From Amoebidium appalachense (taxonomy: Eukaryota; Protista; Ichthyosporea), in NCBI GenBank assembly GCA_963693365.1, contig CAVNZM010000005.1, positions 8,474,334 to 8,538,333 of the forward strand: DNA of 64,000 nucleotides. Reading direction: 5' to 3'. The notes under the pieces were generated by a model. The model saw nothing but the letters and a program-made list of their open reading frames with translations. It was not told the origin of the DNA and ran no database searches. Each line of letters starts with the position of its first letter. The first letter of the stretch is position 1. Shown here piece after piece: positions 35,115 to 64,000 of the stretch. The position numbers were made by a program, and so were the translations under genes.

Positions 35115-36305
35115 CTGTGTCTGTGTCTGTGTGTGTGGCGGTGGTGGTGGTGGTGGCCGGGGAAGGATGGGGTGGGGGGGGTGTACAAGGGTTGGGTAGC
35201 CTGGGGCCCCTGGGGAGGCTTGTGTGTGTGCGTGTGCGTGCGTGTTTGTGTACTGGTGTGTTCAACGGTTTGTGTACACGTGTGCCCAGGTTGAATGATA
35301 ACCTCCTTCTCCCCCTCCCCCCCCCCCCCCCCCCCCCCCCCTCCCTATCGCTAACCCCTCCCACACCAAATTCACAGCAATATGCATCCGGATATCACTG
35401 AAAATGATGTGAAACATGAGAGGTATGCAATGGAAGACTGAAAATATTGAGGAAGAGTCCTTTGCTGTACTATATGTGAGCATTATTCCGCAATGTTGTG
35501 AACTCCATACCCACACACACGAGACTGTATTCATTTGTATCATGCTCGAATTGAATACAGAGCCTAACATCACTATTTGCAGCTTTGCACACAGAAGGAA
35601 ATTCGCCAAAATAACTCTTCATCTCAGGCAGGGGTGGCACCCGGATACTCAGCCGGGCTAGGCAGCCAGCTTGTGTGTGTCTGTGTTTGGGCCCCGGGGC
35701 CCGGGGGGTGGGTGGGTGGGTGGGGGGGGGGGGGGGGGGGGGGGGGTAGGGTAGGGTAGGGTATATGCCCCAAGAAAACATGTGCAAATTGACATGCAAT
35801 GTTTATGTTTCAGATCGGTTTGCACTATTTATATCGCATACGATTTCATGAAGCTGCAAGTAACCCTCCAGGGGCAGCCAACTACAGGAAAAAACGCGTA
35901 CATATTTGATTCTAGATCCTTCTAGATGATGCTATGCATACTATCGACATTCTGTTCTATAGATTACAGATTCCGGTTCAAAAGGGCCTCGGAATCACCT
36001 TACGGATCATGCTTGATACATGCATACGGAACACACCGATGCCTGGCTAAGTCTCCAGTTATGCAGTTGTTCACATTATGACAACAAAACACACCACCCA
36101 TTATGTACACCAAACTTTAAGTTTCCTCAAAAGAACATGCCCCCCTCCCTTCCCCCGTTGCCTGGGCCCGGCGGCCGGCCCCAAAACCCAACGGAAACAA
36201 AGAAAACGTATGAAGCAAAACTAAAAAACAAACCCCAAAACCCGACCTGTTAACTTCAAATTAGTCCCTCCACACAGCCACTCACCCAGTTCTAGCATCT
36301 TCTTT

Positions 36306-36745
36306 TCAGTTCTCGACCGCGCCTGTAAACGGGGCGCTGCCGACAAACTCCCACGTCTTGCCGCTGGCATTCCACTCCTTCTGATAACGGATAATAGTCC
36401 TTCCGCCAGGGTTCGACTTCTCATCGTTCAGAATTCTGATCACAATGTCTTTTCCTCCCTCACCGATGTTTCCTTCCATAACGGTGCTACTCTTGAACGT
36501 GAGCACACCACCCTTGTGCAATGCGTACATGGTGTCCCAAATAGCACCGCCCTTTGTCGATTTGTTGTCGGTGAACTTGGCGTCAATCGTGACGCGACCC
36601 GTCTCGAAGATGCGGTTGTTGGCAATGGCGCCGGCGCGGTCACCGATGGCCTGGTTGCCGGAGTACGTGCCCTGTATGTGTGTGTGTGCATGTTTGAGTG
36701 TATGTGTGTGTTGGGGGTGGTGGGGGGGGTTGTGCGGGTGGTTTC

Positions 36746-36813
<68 letters not shown>

Positions 36814-39041
36814 TGGTTGTTTGAGTTGGTTATTTAAAGTAAGGCATAATTCAACCTATCTCACAGTTATTGCAAAGGCCAGGTGATTATTGTCTGAAAT
36901 GAGGTTCATATGCATTTAGTTGACCAGGTAGTTCAGAGCCATTGCCGGCTTGCGTTGTGCTGGGAGGTGGGGGGTGGCCCTGGGGGGAGGGGGGAAAGGG
37001 ATAAAGACATGTATTCTTGTGTGTGTGCGTGTGTGTTTGCACACGCACATATGTAGTTGTGTGTGTATGTGTGCAAGCAAAGCATAGCACGTGAATTGCG
37101 AGTATGCGGAGGTATGCTCGGAGAGGTGTGTGTGTGTGGGGGGAGGGGGGGGGGGGAGGAGAGGGGGTGACGGATGAGAGGGGAGGGTGGGGTGGGGGGG
37201 AGAGGAAGGAAGTTGAGGGGCAGGGGAAAAGTCCGGACGGGGGATAGTAATTACCGTGATAGTGACGTCACCCCCAATGTTCTGAAGCCACGAGGCACCG
37301 CCACGGCAGCCAAAGTCCTTGCTGAAGATGCACTCATTGTTCATAAAGTCCGCATTAAGAACAACAGTGGCGCCCTTGGGGATGTTCTTGATGTAGAGCC
37401 CGGCACCAGAATCGGCCTTGTTCCCCTCGAAACGAACACCGTTCATGGTGAGTGATGACTTGGAACTCATGTCGAGGATCATGAAGCCGGAGCCCACGCC
37501 GTGGCCGAACTCGTGCACGTTGTTCTTAAAGACGGTGTCGGTGACTGTGGCCTTACCGCTGAGCCTGTTGAACCAGATGGCTCCGCCGCCCTCGTACCGA
37601 TCCTTGCCGATGGTGCCCACGCGGTTGTCTGAAAACTCGCTGTTGCTAATGGAAACGGTCCCTGTCTTGCCCAAGAAGAACACGGCACCACCGCGCGCCT
37701 AAAAGTGAAAAAGGAATGGGGGGGAGAGGGAGAAGGGCGGGGGAAGGAGGGTGGGCGGGCGGGCGGGCGGGTGTGTGTGTGTGTGTGTGTGTGGGGGGGG
37801 GGGAAGATGTATGGGGTTGTGTTTATGGGAATCATTAGGGGGGAGGTGGGAGGTGATAGAGAAGAGGGTGTTAGTGAACCGTGTGCTGTGCCCCCCCCCC
37901 CCTCCCTCCCCCCTCATATCCAGGCCCGACCACTTTCCCTCCATCACTCCATCTCCCTGTTCCTACTGCGCCCCTGCCCCCCCCCCCCCCCCTCCTCCAC
38001 CATATCCAGGCCCGACCACTTTCCCTCCATCACTCCATCTCCCTGTTCCTACTGCGCCCCTGCCCCCCCCCCCCCCCCCTCCTCCACCTTTTCTCCTTCT
38101 GCAGTCCCCTCCACCCCCTCCCTTTCTCCCTCAACGCGGTTCCCACTTTCCCTCCGACACTTTCTGCCTAACACTCCCCATGGCAGGTTCCACGCACATC
38201 TCCAGTCCCTTCCACATCCACCCAACCCCACATTTCTACAAATTTACCCATGACCCTCCCCGCACGACCTTCTTACCCCCGTCGCCCCTCCACCCCCCTT
38301 CCGTTACGTCCCCCCCTCCCCAACACCGCCATCCAACCCCTTTAAACACTTGTGCACACACACAACACTCACCAAAGTCTTAAAGTTGCTGAAGTCACAG
38401 TCATCCACGGTTAAAGAAACAGGGCCGGTGGTCTCCCTGCGAGGGAATTCACCGTCACCCAAGTCAGGTGTGCGCAGAACCGACGAATAGCGCGTCATAC
38501 CCGACCCAACCCACGACAACTTCTTAAAGGCAATCTTCTGATGGTCGCCCGTTGCACGCAAAACGGCACCTTGGTCTGCGTTCATGTCCACGTTCACACG
38601 CGCACGGCCGCTTGTCCCACATCCCACAAAAGAGAGACTCCTGGTGAAAGCAACCTCACCCGTGACGCTCGATCCATCTGCAATGTTGATGGTTGCTCCG
38701 GTGCTGGCGGCGTTCACAGCGTCACCGATAGACTTGTAACATGTGCTGCCGATGGAGAACTGACAACCGGAACCACATTTCCCACTGCTGGTGCCCGCAT
38801 CAGCAGACTGGGTTGGGTCAGCGGAGGGTGTTGCTGTCTTCTTAGGCTTCTCTCCCTTGGTGGTGGTGGTGGGGGTTTCACCGGATGCAGGGCCGATGAT
38901 CTTTCCCGTCTCGGAGTCTGCGAGGAAGTATTCACCTGTAGCGTCGTCGTAAACGGTCACCGTTCTGGATTCGACGACGGATGGGGCGAGGATTAGGAGC
39001 ACGGCGCAGCAGACCGCTGCGTTTAGTTGAAGGAGCTTCAT
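36306..39041 (-). CDS. Secreted right-handed beta-helix protein with PMP-like GGA(I/V) and FxxN repeats (~492 aa)
   Basis: Three exons joined in phase 0: 39041-38373, 37698-37255, 36671-36306. Hydrophobic signal peptide MKLLQLNAAVCCAVLLILAPSVVES, Ser/Thr linker, beta-helix cap YKSIGDAVNAASTGATINI, and repeats ARGGAVF, FSDN..GGGAIW, FKNN, FEGN..GAGLY, FMNN..GGASW, YSGN..AGAI, FTDN..GGAIW. Confidence 0.85.
37915..38078 (+). repeat. Two identical ~62-bp units, each followed by poly-C (period 86)
   Basis: catatccaggcccgaccactttccctccatcactccatctccctgttcctactgcgcccctg occurs at 37915 and 38001. Confidence 0.88.
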
Positions 39042-40428
39042 GGTACAGAATTCGAAGGGTGCTAAGGCCTACGTGTGTGGTTATGTTTTTTGGGTTTATA
39101 TGTACACGGTATGTGGCAAAGCTTCACACTGAGAAAGTGAACTGAAAAGAGCGTGAGTCTTTGTGTTTTGTCCAGCTGCTCAAAAACTTATGATTTCGGC
39201 ACATGCCAAGGCATAGCTTCCTAGAGCAGTTTCCCTGGAAATTCTGATTCCCAGGATTTCTCCATAATTATATGAACATCCCATATGACGCCATACATTA
39301 AATTATAGCACAGCAAAAACAGGGGTATTGTATGGGCTCCTATTTCTTGTTTGCAATTTTGAGGGGCTAGATGAATATCAATAATTACTATTTGGCATAA
39401 TATGTTGATAACTTGATAGGTTACATATAGCCGATCGGCGATCCCACAAACCGTCTAGTTTAATGTTTTGCAACATTTCCGTTCAGACCCCATCGCTGAC
39501 GGATTAAAAGCGTAGTCAGGGGTGAACTCGATGAATGTGCCACTCGGAACAGTGATTGGTTCATCTTGTTCTGGATATTTCATTGGCTGTCAGGGCTAGC
39601 CTGTACTGAGAGGCTAGCCCGGCAAGTGGAGACTCGAGACTCAAGAAAACCGCGTTAATACAATACTTAGGCAGGTACAATTATTAACAGAACCCTTTAA
39701 TTCATTAAATAATTTAATTTATTGTGTCTGCCAAAGAATAGTGCCGGTTGCGTTTTGTGCACTATACACACGAAATGATACGACTATGGCGACAAACCCA
39801 CGACTCAATGATGATCTATGGAGGAATGTACACAAAGCACACTGATTGGGTGCTCATTTAACCACGAGATTCCAAATGATCTGATTGGATTCGGACCCAG
39901 ATCATCAAAGAGGCTCACACAAACTGACAGGGTCCAAAAATTCCAAAAATAACCATCAATCACGTGTATACACGTGTGTGGATACTCACAGTCACATGCA
40001 CGGCGTTTCACCTGAGCGTGGCACCGTCACCGTGCTCACACTTCAAGTTCACGCACCTTTTGCACGACTCAATGACTCATGAAGCTAATATTAGCAGCTG
40101 ATGTCACTCTTATGTCAGCTGATAACTAGGGACTGCCGAACATGTGCGTATATTTTAATAATTTAATAATTTACACGCCACACCTTTTGTCCTTCCCCTA
40201 CATCAGTACATCGTGAAAAATGTAGCCTATAGACTCAACGCTCTACATTAGATCTTTCATCAATTCACGAACTGCTGCATTCGCCCACATTATGACAACC
40301 TATGATTCGACTATGTCGACAACCCCCAAGCTTGGTTTGATCACGAACAATATGTTCCAAAATCAGTCTTATGATATCATTTTGGCAATGGTGGAACGTG
40401 GTCCCCTCATGCTGACTGAGACGGTCTC

Positions 40429-40556
40429 TCAATCCTGCAAAATGCACAAGAAAAGCAAATTAATAATCCCCCCCCCTCCTCCTCCATTTGAATCCACACT
40501 GTGGCACACACACACTGTCACAAGCACACACGCACATCACACACGCACGCACACAC

Positions 40557-40589
<33 letters not shown>

Positions 40590-40688
40590 AACACGCGCGC
40601 GCTGCATACACACACACACACACACACACAATACTACATACACGCACGCACACGCACATTGTCAAATACGCACGCGCTGCTGCATACA

Positions 40689-40739
<51 letters not shown>

Positions 40740-40744
40740 CACTA

Positions 40745-40807
<63 letters not shown>

Positions 40808-40808
40808 C

Positions 40809-40876
<68 letters not shown>

Positions 40877-41270
40877 CTGTGAGACAAGTATAACACGCAC
40901 CCTCACACAGCGCCACACACACACATGCACTGATACAGACAGAAACAGACACACACACACACACACATTTTCACACTCACGACCACACACCTACCACACA
41001 TTCTGCCACAGTGACCTACACAAACTTCCACCTTAACACACACGCAAACACACAGACCGTTAAGAAACCCTGATGTGGATCATCGGATAACAAAACCGAA
41101 GGGGTAAAAAATGGTTTTCAGACTTACAACACTAGTTAAATTTAAAAGTAACTAAGAACCTGTCCAGCCAGATCTTGCAAGATTTGTTACAGTAGCACTG
41201 GCTACCAGAACATTATCTTCGTTTTCTTCTCAGGCTGCTCTCCTTTCTTGGCTCCCTCTCCCTCCCTCTT

Positions 41271-41324
<54 letters not shown>

Positions 41325-41500
41325 CCCCTCCCTCCCCCTCCCTCTCCCCCCTCGACTCCCCACCCCCCACCCCCCCTTTCTGTCTTTGTCTCTTCCTTTA
41401 TCTCCTGGTCTTGCCCCCAACCCCTCATCTATCTCCCCCCCCCCCCCCTCCCCCCCCACGCCCCCCCCCTCCCCTCCGCCCCCCTCTCTTCTTTGAAAAG

Positions 41501-41569
<69 letters not shown>

Positions 41570-42132
41570 GGGGGGCTGGAGGGGAAAACCCATCTATTCT
41601 CAAGTGCACGTGCACACAGTGAGGATATGAGGTAGGTACCCATTCATCGTCGGCCACCCCCTCCATCTTGTCCTGTGGCAGGGGCCCATCCTCGTCCTGT
41701 GCCTTCACCTGCAGCAGTTTGTCGGTCCAGTTCTGCCCCACCCTCACGTCCCCGCGGAAGCTGCTCGGCTTGGCTCCGTCACTGATCGTAATAGCCTCTG
41801 TAAAGAAGGGCATAAAAAATTAAAATGAAATAGGTTAAAACAAGAAATCTACAAAAAGGTAAGATCTGGCAGTGGAAAAAGGGCAGATTTTATAAAAGAA
41901 AGGGGGAAGGGGAACGGGGGGGGTCTATAAAAATGCTAATTTCAGTGAGAATAAAAGCAGAATCTAAAGAAGAAAGGGGGAAGGCGGGGGAAGGGGGGAA
42001 GAGGAGGGGGGGGGGGGGGGGAAGGGGGGGATTGGAATATCGAAAGCAGGTGCACACCCTGCCGCTCTTTCTAGAACCTCATACGTTCGCAGATAAGTCT
42101 CCAGCCCCCCATTCTCTCTCCCCTCCCCCTGC

Positions 42133-42179
<47 letters not shown>

Positions 42180-43733
42180 TCCTGCCCCCTGTTCAATACT
42201 TTCTCTTCTCTTCCTTCAGCCCTATACATAGGGAACAATAGAGATCAATCAGAACAAAAAACAACACACACAATCCCCATACCAATAAAAAAACTGTCGC
42301 CCTTTGTCGTAATTCTGATCTTATCCCCGCTTGAAAATTCGAAACTCTTCAAAACCTCCTCCGGGCCCCAGAATTCGAATGTGTCCCCCTTCAGTGGCTC
42401 TAAGGAGACTAGACTCCGGGCCCGGTTGACTATTTTTAGCGCGTCATCTATGGAAATTGCGTCTGGACGGTCTCCCTCTTTCTTCACTGCACGAGGGGGG
42501 GCGGAGGGGCGGGAAAAGGGGGGAAGCGGGGAGAGGGGAGGGGGAAGGGGGGGGGGGGGGGGGGAGAAAGGGAAATTGACCAAAAAGAAATGCAGGAAGA
42601 AGCAAGGTTGGGTGGGGGGGATGGATGGGGGGAGAGGGTGGAGGTGACAACACTCACAGGGAGGGGGCAGGCGGCGGGGGAAGTGGAGGGAGAGGGGAAG
42701 AGGGGAGAGAGGGGAAGAGGGAGGGGATGGGGGAGAGAGACGTCGACGAGGAGGAGAGGGCGGGGAGTTGGGGAGGGCGCGGGGTGAGTGGGAGGGGGGA
42801 GGGGAGGGGGGGGGTAAAAAAGAGAAAGCATCAGCAAAAACTCAAATGTGACGACACAAAATACATTCAGAAAAGTCAGGAAATGTGCAGGCATAAAATT
42901 CTTGAGCAGATCTCATCACCCGGGGAGGGGGGGGGGGGGGGGAAGAGGGGGTCAGTTTTCTCTCTCTGCGTGTGTGTATGTGTGGGTGTTTGTGTGTGTA
43001 ATTTCGAGGGCAGGGGGAGGGGAGAGGGTGGGGGCAGAAGGAGGAGGGGGAAGGGGGTGGGGTGGGGGGGGGGGGGGGTGGGGGGGAGGAGAGGCGGGGA
43101 GAAAGTGGAAGGTAGTTTGGGTGAGCTTGTGTGTAAATGACGGTGTGCGTGTTGGGGGGAGAGGGGAGGAAGGGGGGAGGGGGGGACGGGAGGCTCCGAG
43201 GGGGAGGAGTGTATGTTGGCTGTGACACATCGGCGTCACAGTAGTGCCTTTTTTTTGGGGAAGGCGAGGGGGATTAGTATGTGGAAGTGGCCGGGGTTTC
43301 TGGGTAGGCCTTGTGTTGGGGCAGAGAGCGGGGGGAGGTGGGGAGGAGAGGGGGGGGGGGGGGGGGGGAAGAAGGAGAGTTTGGATGGGGGGGGGGGGGG
43401 GGTGCAATGCTGCACATGTTTCATTGTCGTATGCACGTACATGTGAGTGGTCGCATTTGCACGGCAACACATACCATAGGAAGACTGCAAATAGCCGGTG
43501 CTTATTTTCTTGTCCGGGACTATGGTGGGTGGTATCTCCACTCCAAATTGGTCGAATTTCCGTTTTGTGGCGGCTGATAATGAGCCAATCAAAACGTGGA
43601 ACCGATGGTATTGGCCCGTACCGTCCTGAATGGTGTGGCGGTGGCGGCTTTGGTATGTAACGTCGGCAATAAAGCCTGGGGGGTGGTGTGTGGGTGGTGG
43701 GGTTGGGGGGGGGGGGGGGGGGGAGGGGGGGGT

Positions 43734-43789
<56 letters not shown>

Positions 43790-43914
43790 CACTCGAGACG
43801 TGTGTCTGTCTCTATCTCTGCGTGTGCTTGCTGCACGTCTGTGTGTGTGTTGTGTGTGTGTGTGTGTGTGGCTGGGGCGGGGTGAAAGATGTGAGAAAAA
43901 AATTTCGGCGGGGG

Positions 43915-43948
<34 letters not shown>

Positions 43949-44331
43949 AAGGTGTTGATTTTTGGTGTGTGATTGCATGATAAGCGAGGTTTGGCGTGGG
44001 TGTATGTGGGCGTGTATTTGTAAGTTCTGAGTCTGTCCTTATAGGCGTGTGCATGTGGTTGTGTGCAGGTGTAGGCAGGTGAAAACACCCATAAAGGTGG
44101 TCAGGTTGGCGAGGTTAACACATACGTGTGTGGCTGTGTGTGCCAGTGAACAAAATCTGTGTAGGTATGTATGTGAAGCAAAGGAGGCACAGGGGGGGGG
44201 GGGGGGGGGAGGGGGGGGAAGAGAGAGAGAGACAGCGAGAGAGAGGGGGGGGGGGGGGGAGGAGAAGGTGAAGGTGAAGGGAATGTGTCAATGCGGGTCA
44301 GCAAGTTGTCAAGTGGCAGAACAGGTATGCT

Positions 44332-44426
<95 letters not shown>

Positions 44427-45027
44427 CGGGGCGTGTGTGTGGGTGTGTGTTTGAGTGTGTATGCGTCTGCGTCTGTGCACAGCATGTATGTGTGTCTGTG
44501 TGTCTGTGTGCGTCTCTCGCCTCTCTCTCTCTCTCTGTTGGTGTATGTGAGCAAATGTGTGTGTGTGTTTGCGTGCATGTGCATGTGCATGTGAATGCGC
44601 GCGCGTGTGTGGTGCTGCCGGATGCTCAGAAGTGCAGATGACTCAAACACTAAAACGCAGAGGAGGATCCAAACGTTCACATACTCTACAGGTTTACAAA
44701 AGAAAATCTGCAAATAAACACCTTCGCCCCATCTCCGGATGCAGTTGCTGTGTCCAATAGATGATTCCTGGTATGCACTCGGAATAAATTAATAGAAACC
44801 GTTCACACCAATGCAAACAATTCCTTCACTTTTAACTCTCCCTTCCCTTTTAACTCTCTCTTTCTCCCCGTCCACATCAACACACATAAACACGGGCACA
44901 CATACAGGTGCACACACAAAAACCACCTTCATGAACACTTGGGCCCACATGCAATAACACACCAGTGCTTCCTCCCCACCTCCCCCCCCCCCCCCCCCAC
45001 CCCCCCCCCTCCCCCCCTCCCCCCTCC

Positions 45028-45064
<37 letters not shown>

Positions 45065-45289
45065 TCCCCCCATGTACACACACAGACACACACACACACA
45101 CCAGTAGCACACTCTCGCCTACTCTTCAACACATTTTCTATGCTCTTCAAAAACACACGATGAGACAAACCATGAGCCACACCAGCACGTACCGTCCCCT
45201 TTCGCCAACTCTGCCTCTGGCCAGGGACCCGTTATTCTGCTGTTGGTAAGGCGGGTGGCAGTGGTGGGTGGGGGGGCTCGGATAGCCAT
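40429..45289 (-). CDS. ARPIN: Arpin, Arp2/3 complex inhibitor (221 aa)
   Basis: Exons 45289-45193, 43675-43475, 42486-42283, 41797-41640, 40434-40429 (666 nt). Recognised from memory as colinear with animal Arpin: [65 protein letters not shown], and the acidic tail EGVADDEWD*. Confidence 0.9.
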
Positions 45290-46662
45290 GTTGGGTGACG
45301 GAACCGTTGAGAGGTTTGCCAGAAACTACCGATTTTGGGTTAGGGAAACAAAACCTAGCTAGTGATGCCAAGATTTTAGAAAGGATCGATGGCTCGAACT
45401 GCAGACTGAGCCTCCTCCAAAATTATTGGCAAATTTCCAAATCCGGATGGTTGGAATTCCCATATATGGGGACGATTACGTAATACACTAATGATGTATT
45501 ATATATCTCATCTTGGTTTCTTGTTTCCCTTTTGGTGTCACGCGTGTGTATGTACATGTACAAGGGGCCCAAAGTGGGCTTCCAACCTAATTGTGATAAT
45601 TGCATCGCAGGGCAGGCAAAGGCCCCCGGGGCCCGGGGGGGGGGGGGGGGGGAGGGGGGGGGGGGGGAGGGGGAAGGAATCCGGAAAGGAGGGGAGGGGA
45701 GGGGGAGTTGGGGATTCAAGCCGTGCAGGATCGTGCGACATACAAAACTTTAAGTTGACATTGCAAACTGGGGTTTGCATGCGGTGTAGTTGTGTGACAA
45801 CACGATGCGCTTTTACTTCAGAGTTAAAACCATAATTGAAGTGCTGCGAGATATCTAGTATGACCACACACCGTACACTTTGGAACCCGAAAAAGGTAAA
45901 TCCATTTATATATATATCCCGCTGCCTGCAGCACGGATTTCATTGGTCGAGAGAGCAGAATGTCTATATATGGTCACATTCAATCAAACACATAGAGATG
46001 AGGAACACGCGTACGGCAGCATTATATATACTTGAAATTTTCCGGTATTTGCATACAGGATTTTGGGCTACACCTGCAAGTACAACACATAATTTATCAT
46101 TGATATTTCTACAGAACACAAATTTCTGTACAACGTTCTTCGTTTTTGTGCAATTCGCGCATATTCATGAATAACATAACCAACCTCTCTCACATGGATA
46201 CAAGTACACAGCAAAGATACTCATCCCCCCCCCCCCCCCCCCCCCTCCCAATCACACACACACGCACACACCCAAAAAAAAAAAAAAAAAAAAAAAGAAG
46301 GAAAGAAAGAAGGAAAAAAAAGGAGAAAGAGAAAGAAGAAAGGAAGAAAGAACAACGTTCACATTCGACTACACGTCACACAAACGGAAGAACCTACCAG
46401 TGTATGTTCGTTAGACTAGGTGTGCATTCATGTGCTTTTTCGCGGTTTTTTTCCCGCAAAGTTGTGTGCGTCACGCGTCACGCTCTAAGTTCGTGTACGT
46501 TTCCATGTGCTGCAGTTTACATTCTTTGCCACGAAGACTGGCCGCGATCATAACTTGGATGGGTAGTAACACATTTTTTTGTTGGTGCAGCGAACTAAAT
46601 GTATATAGTTGTTTTGGTTGGCGTAGTGGTGTAGTTGTTTTGATAGCATTCAGTGAATAAGA

Positions 46663-58454
<11,792 letters not shown>

Positions 58455-59904
58455 AATCAAGTGCTAGCGAGGAGTTTCCGTTGGGTAACTGCATTTAGGA
58501 CTAGAGGTGCGTGTCGCCTAGGCACGCACACATGAACATCAAAGGGAAAAAAATAGATCTCGCCTATATTGAGTCTGAAAAGGAACGCCTCGCCTTCAAG
58601 AAGATAGGTGTTTGTTAAGCCTTTCGGTACATGTAGCTAGGCCTTTAAAGGGTCTGTAGATCTGCACGAAAACATCCGCATGGAGGTACCTGCTCATTCA
58701 GCACAATACAGCTCCTGGAACGGAGTAAAACTACACGATTGGAACACGGGACCCTGTAGCAACCGTGGCCCTTACAGAGAGGAATCCACAGCAGTTGAAA
58801 GAAAAGGCGCTCTGCTACACTAATCGTATTGGGAGAAAAACTCAGACTGGAAAGAAACGCATGAAGACATGGTGTCTGATGATTATTAGCACACAATCAT
58901 GTTTACACGAACACGGAAAACGTACAGCCCTGCACTTGTCTGCCCGCTACAGCTATGATATTCACTGAAGTAGTCTACGATATGCTAACCAATATTGCGT
59001 CTTTTCCGTCTCCTCTAGGCTATATTAGTACAGACGTCACATTCCCAGATTTGTGCGGCAATAGTCTCCAAAAGCACGCACATCCTTTAACCCCATAACT
59101 CAATAAACAACACATTCCCCTTAATATTATGTTTACGTGGAAGCATAAGCTTGTTTCTTTCTTTCTTTTTTTCTTTTTTTTTTTTTTGGCCAACCGTCTT
59201 AGGTCGACCTGGCTGTTCAGACTTTGTTTTGGTTGCCACAGCTCGACGCCCGGCGGCCGCCCGAGCCTGCAGGCTGTTGTGCAAACATTCGTCATCACAT
59301 TCTTTCTTATTTTTGGCTATAAGCGATACCATATATAGAAGGTAGTGGTCTTTATAAGGCTATTGGGTTACGCAACAATTGTCTGGTATGTTTATTTTGA
59401 GGTCAGCGTCTCGGTCCGAGACTTAAGAGGTGCCACGCAGTGGTGCCCGGACAAGATGTCCGCACGAAAACTTGAAGCCACAGTAGTTTTGTTAGCTGCA
59501 TGGAAGGGGTAAAGGGAATGCAAGGGCATGCATGCAAGGGAATATCGATGCTATATTTACTCGTCTTGAGGGTATACATAGATCCATGCTTCAGTTGACA
59601 GCCCCATGCGAGCCTTCATTTTAGTCGGAAAGGTTCGAGCAGGATCTTGTAGCTGTGCAACTCCTGAAACTGTGTTTGCTATTCCTGAATTTCGATCATA
59701 TACAGACCCTAAGAGCACAAACGAGATCTCTGCATAAAGCAGCGTGTGGAGGAGTGTCAGACAAACATTATTCTGTGACCTGGGCGTCCTGATCTGCTAA
59801 TCCGGGTCCAACACGACCTTTATTCAGCATGAAAGGCATACCAACTCGATAGACATTATAAAGCCACTTACAGGCGGTTGCTGTAATTAACGTCCTTTGC
59901 CATT
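58455..59904. promoter_or_regulatory. Divergent promoter and 5' UTR region between RasGEF and Sec8
   Basis: The two genes are head-to-head about 1.5 kb apart, and the interval is largely free of microsatellites. Confidence 0.45.
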
Positions 59905-59952
59905 ATGGCACAAACCGGGAGTCCCCTGGTTGGGGAGGATCCTACAAACAAG

Positions 59953-63974
<4,022 letters not shown>

Positions 63975-64000
63975 GTACGTGCACAATGCCCCCCCCCCCC

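Overview
Intron-rich eukaryotic genomic DNA saturated with (CA/TG)n, (CT/AG)n and C/G homopolymer tracts. The gene content suggests a unicellular holozoan such as an ichthyosporean; this is inference only. Almost all ORFs in the supplied track are microsatellite read-through artefacts. Splicing by hand with phase checks gives seven genes: an ADCK1/ABC1-family kinase (+, 5'-truncated), a CCCH-finger plus Puf4/5-type Pumilio protein (+), an intronless Pho80/Pcl-type cyclin (+), a secreted PMP-like beta-helix protein (-), Arpin (-), a CDC25-domain RasGEF (-) and Sec8/EXOC4 (+, 3'-truncated). The main find is a family of short non-coding repeats with about 10 copies or fragments. All lie in introns, sense to the host gene, are variably 5'-truncated and almost all end at poly-C tracts, often as partial tandems. 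The fuller copies hold all three hammerhead core strands (GUU, GAAAC, CUGANGA) in a permuted, pseudoknotted order, with compensatory changes across three diverged subfamilies. This suggests a non-canonical self-cleaving ribozyme in a poly-C-targeting, Penelope/retrozyme-like non-autonomous retroelement. Catalytic activity is untested.
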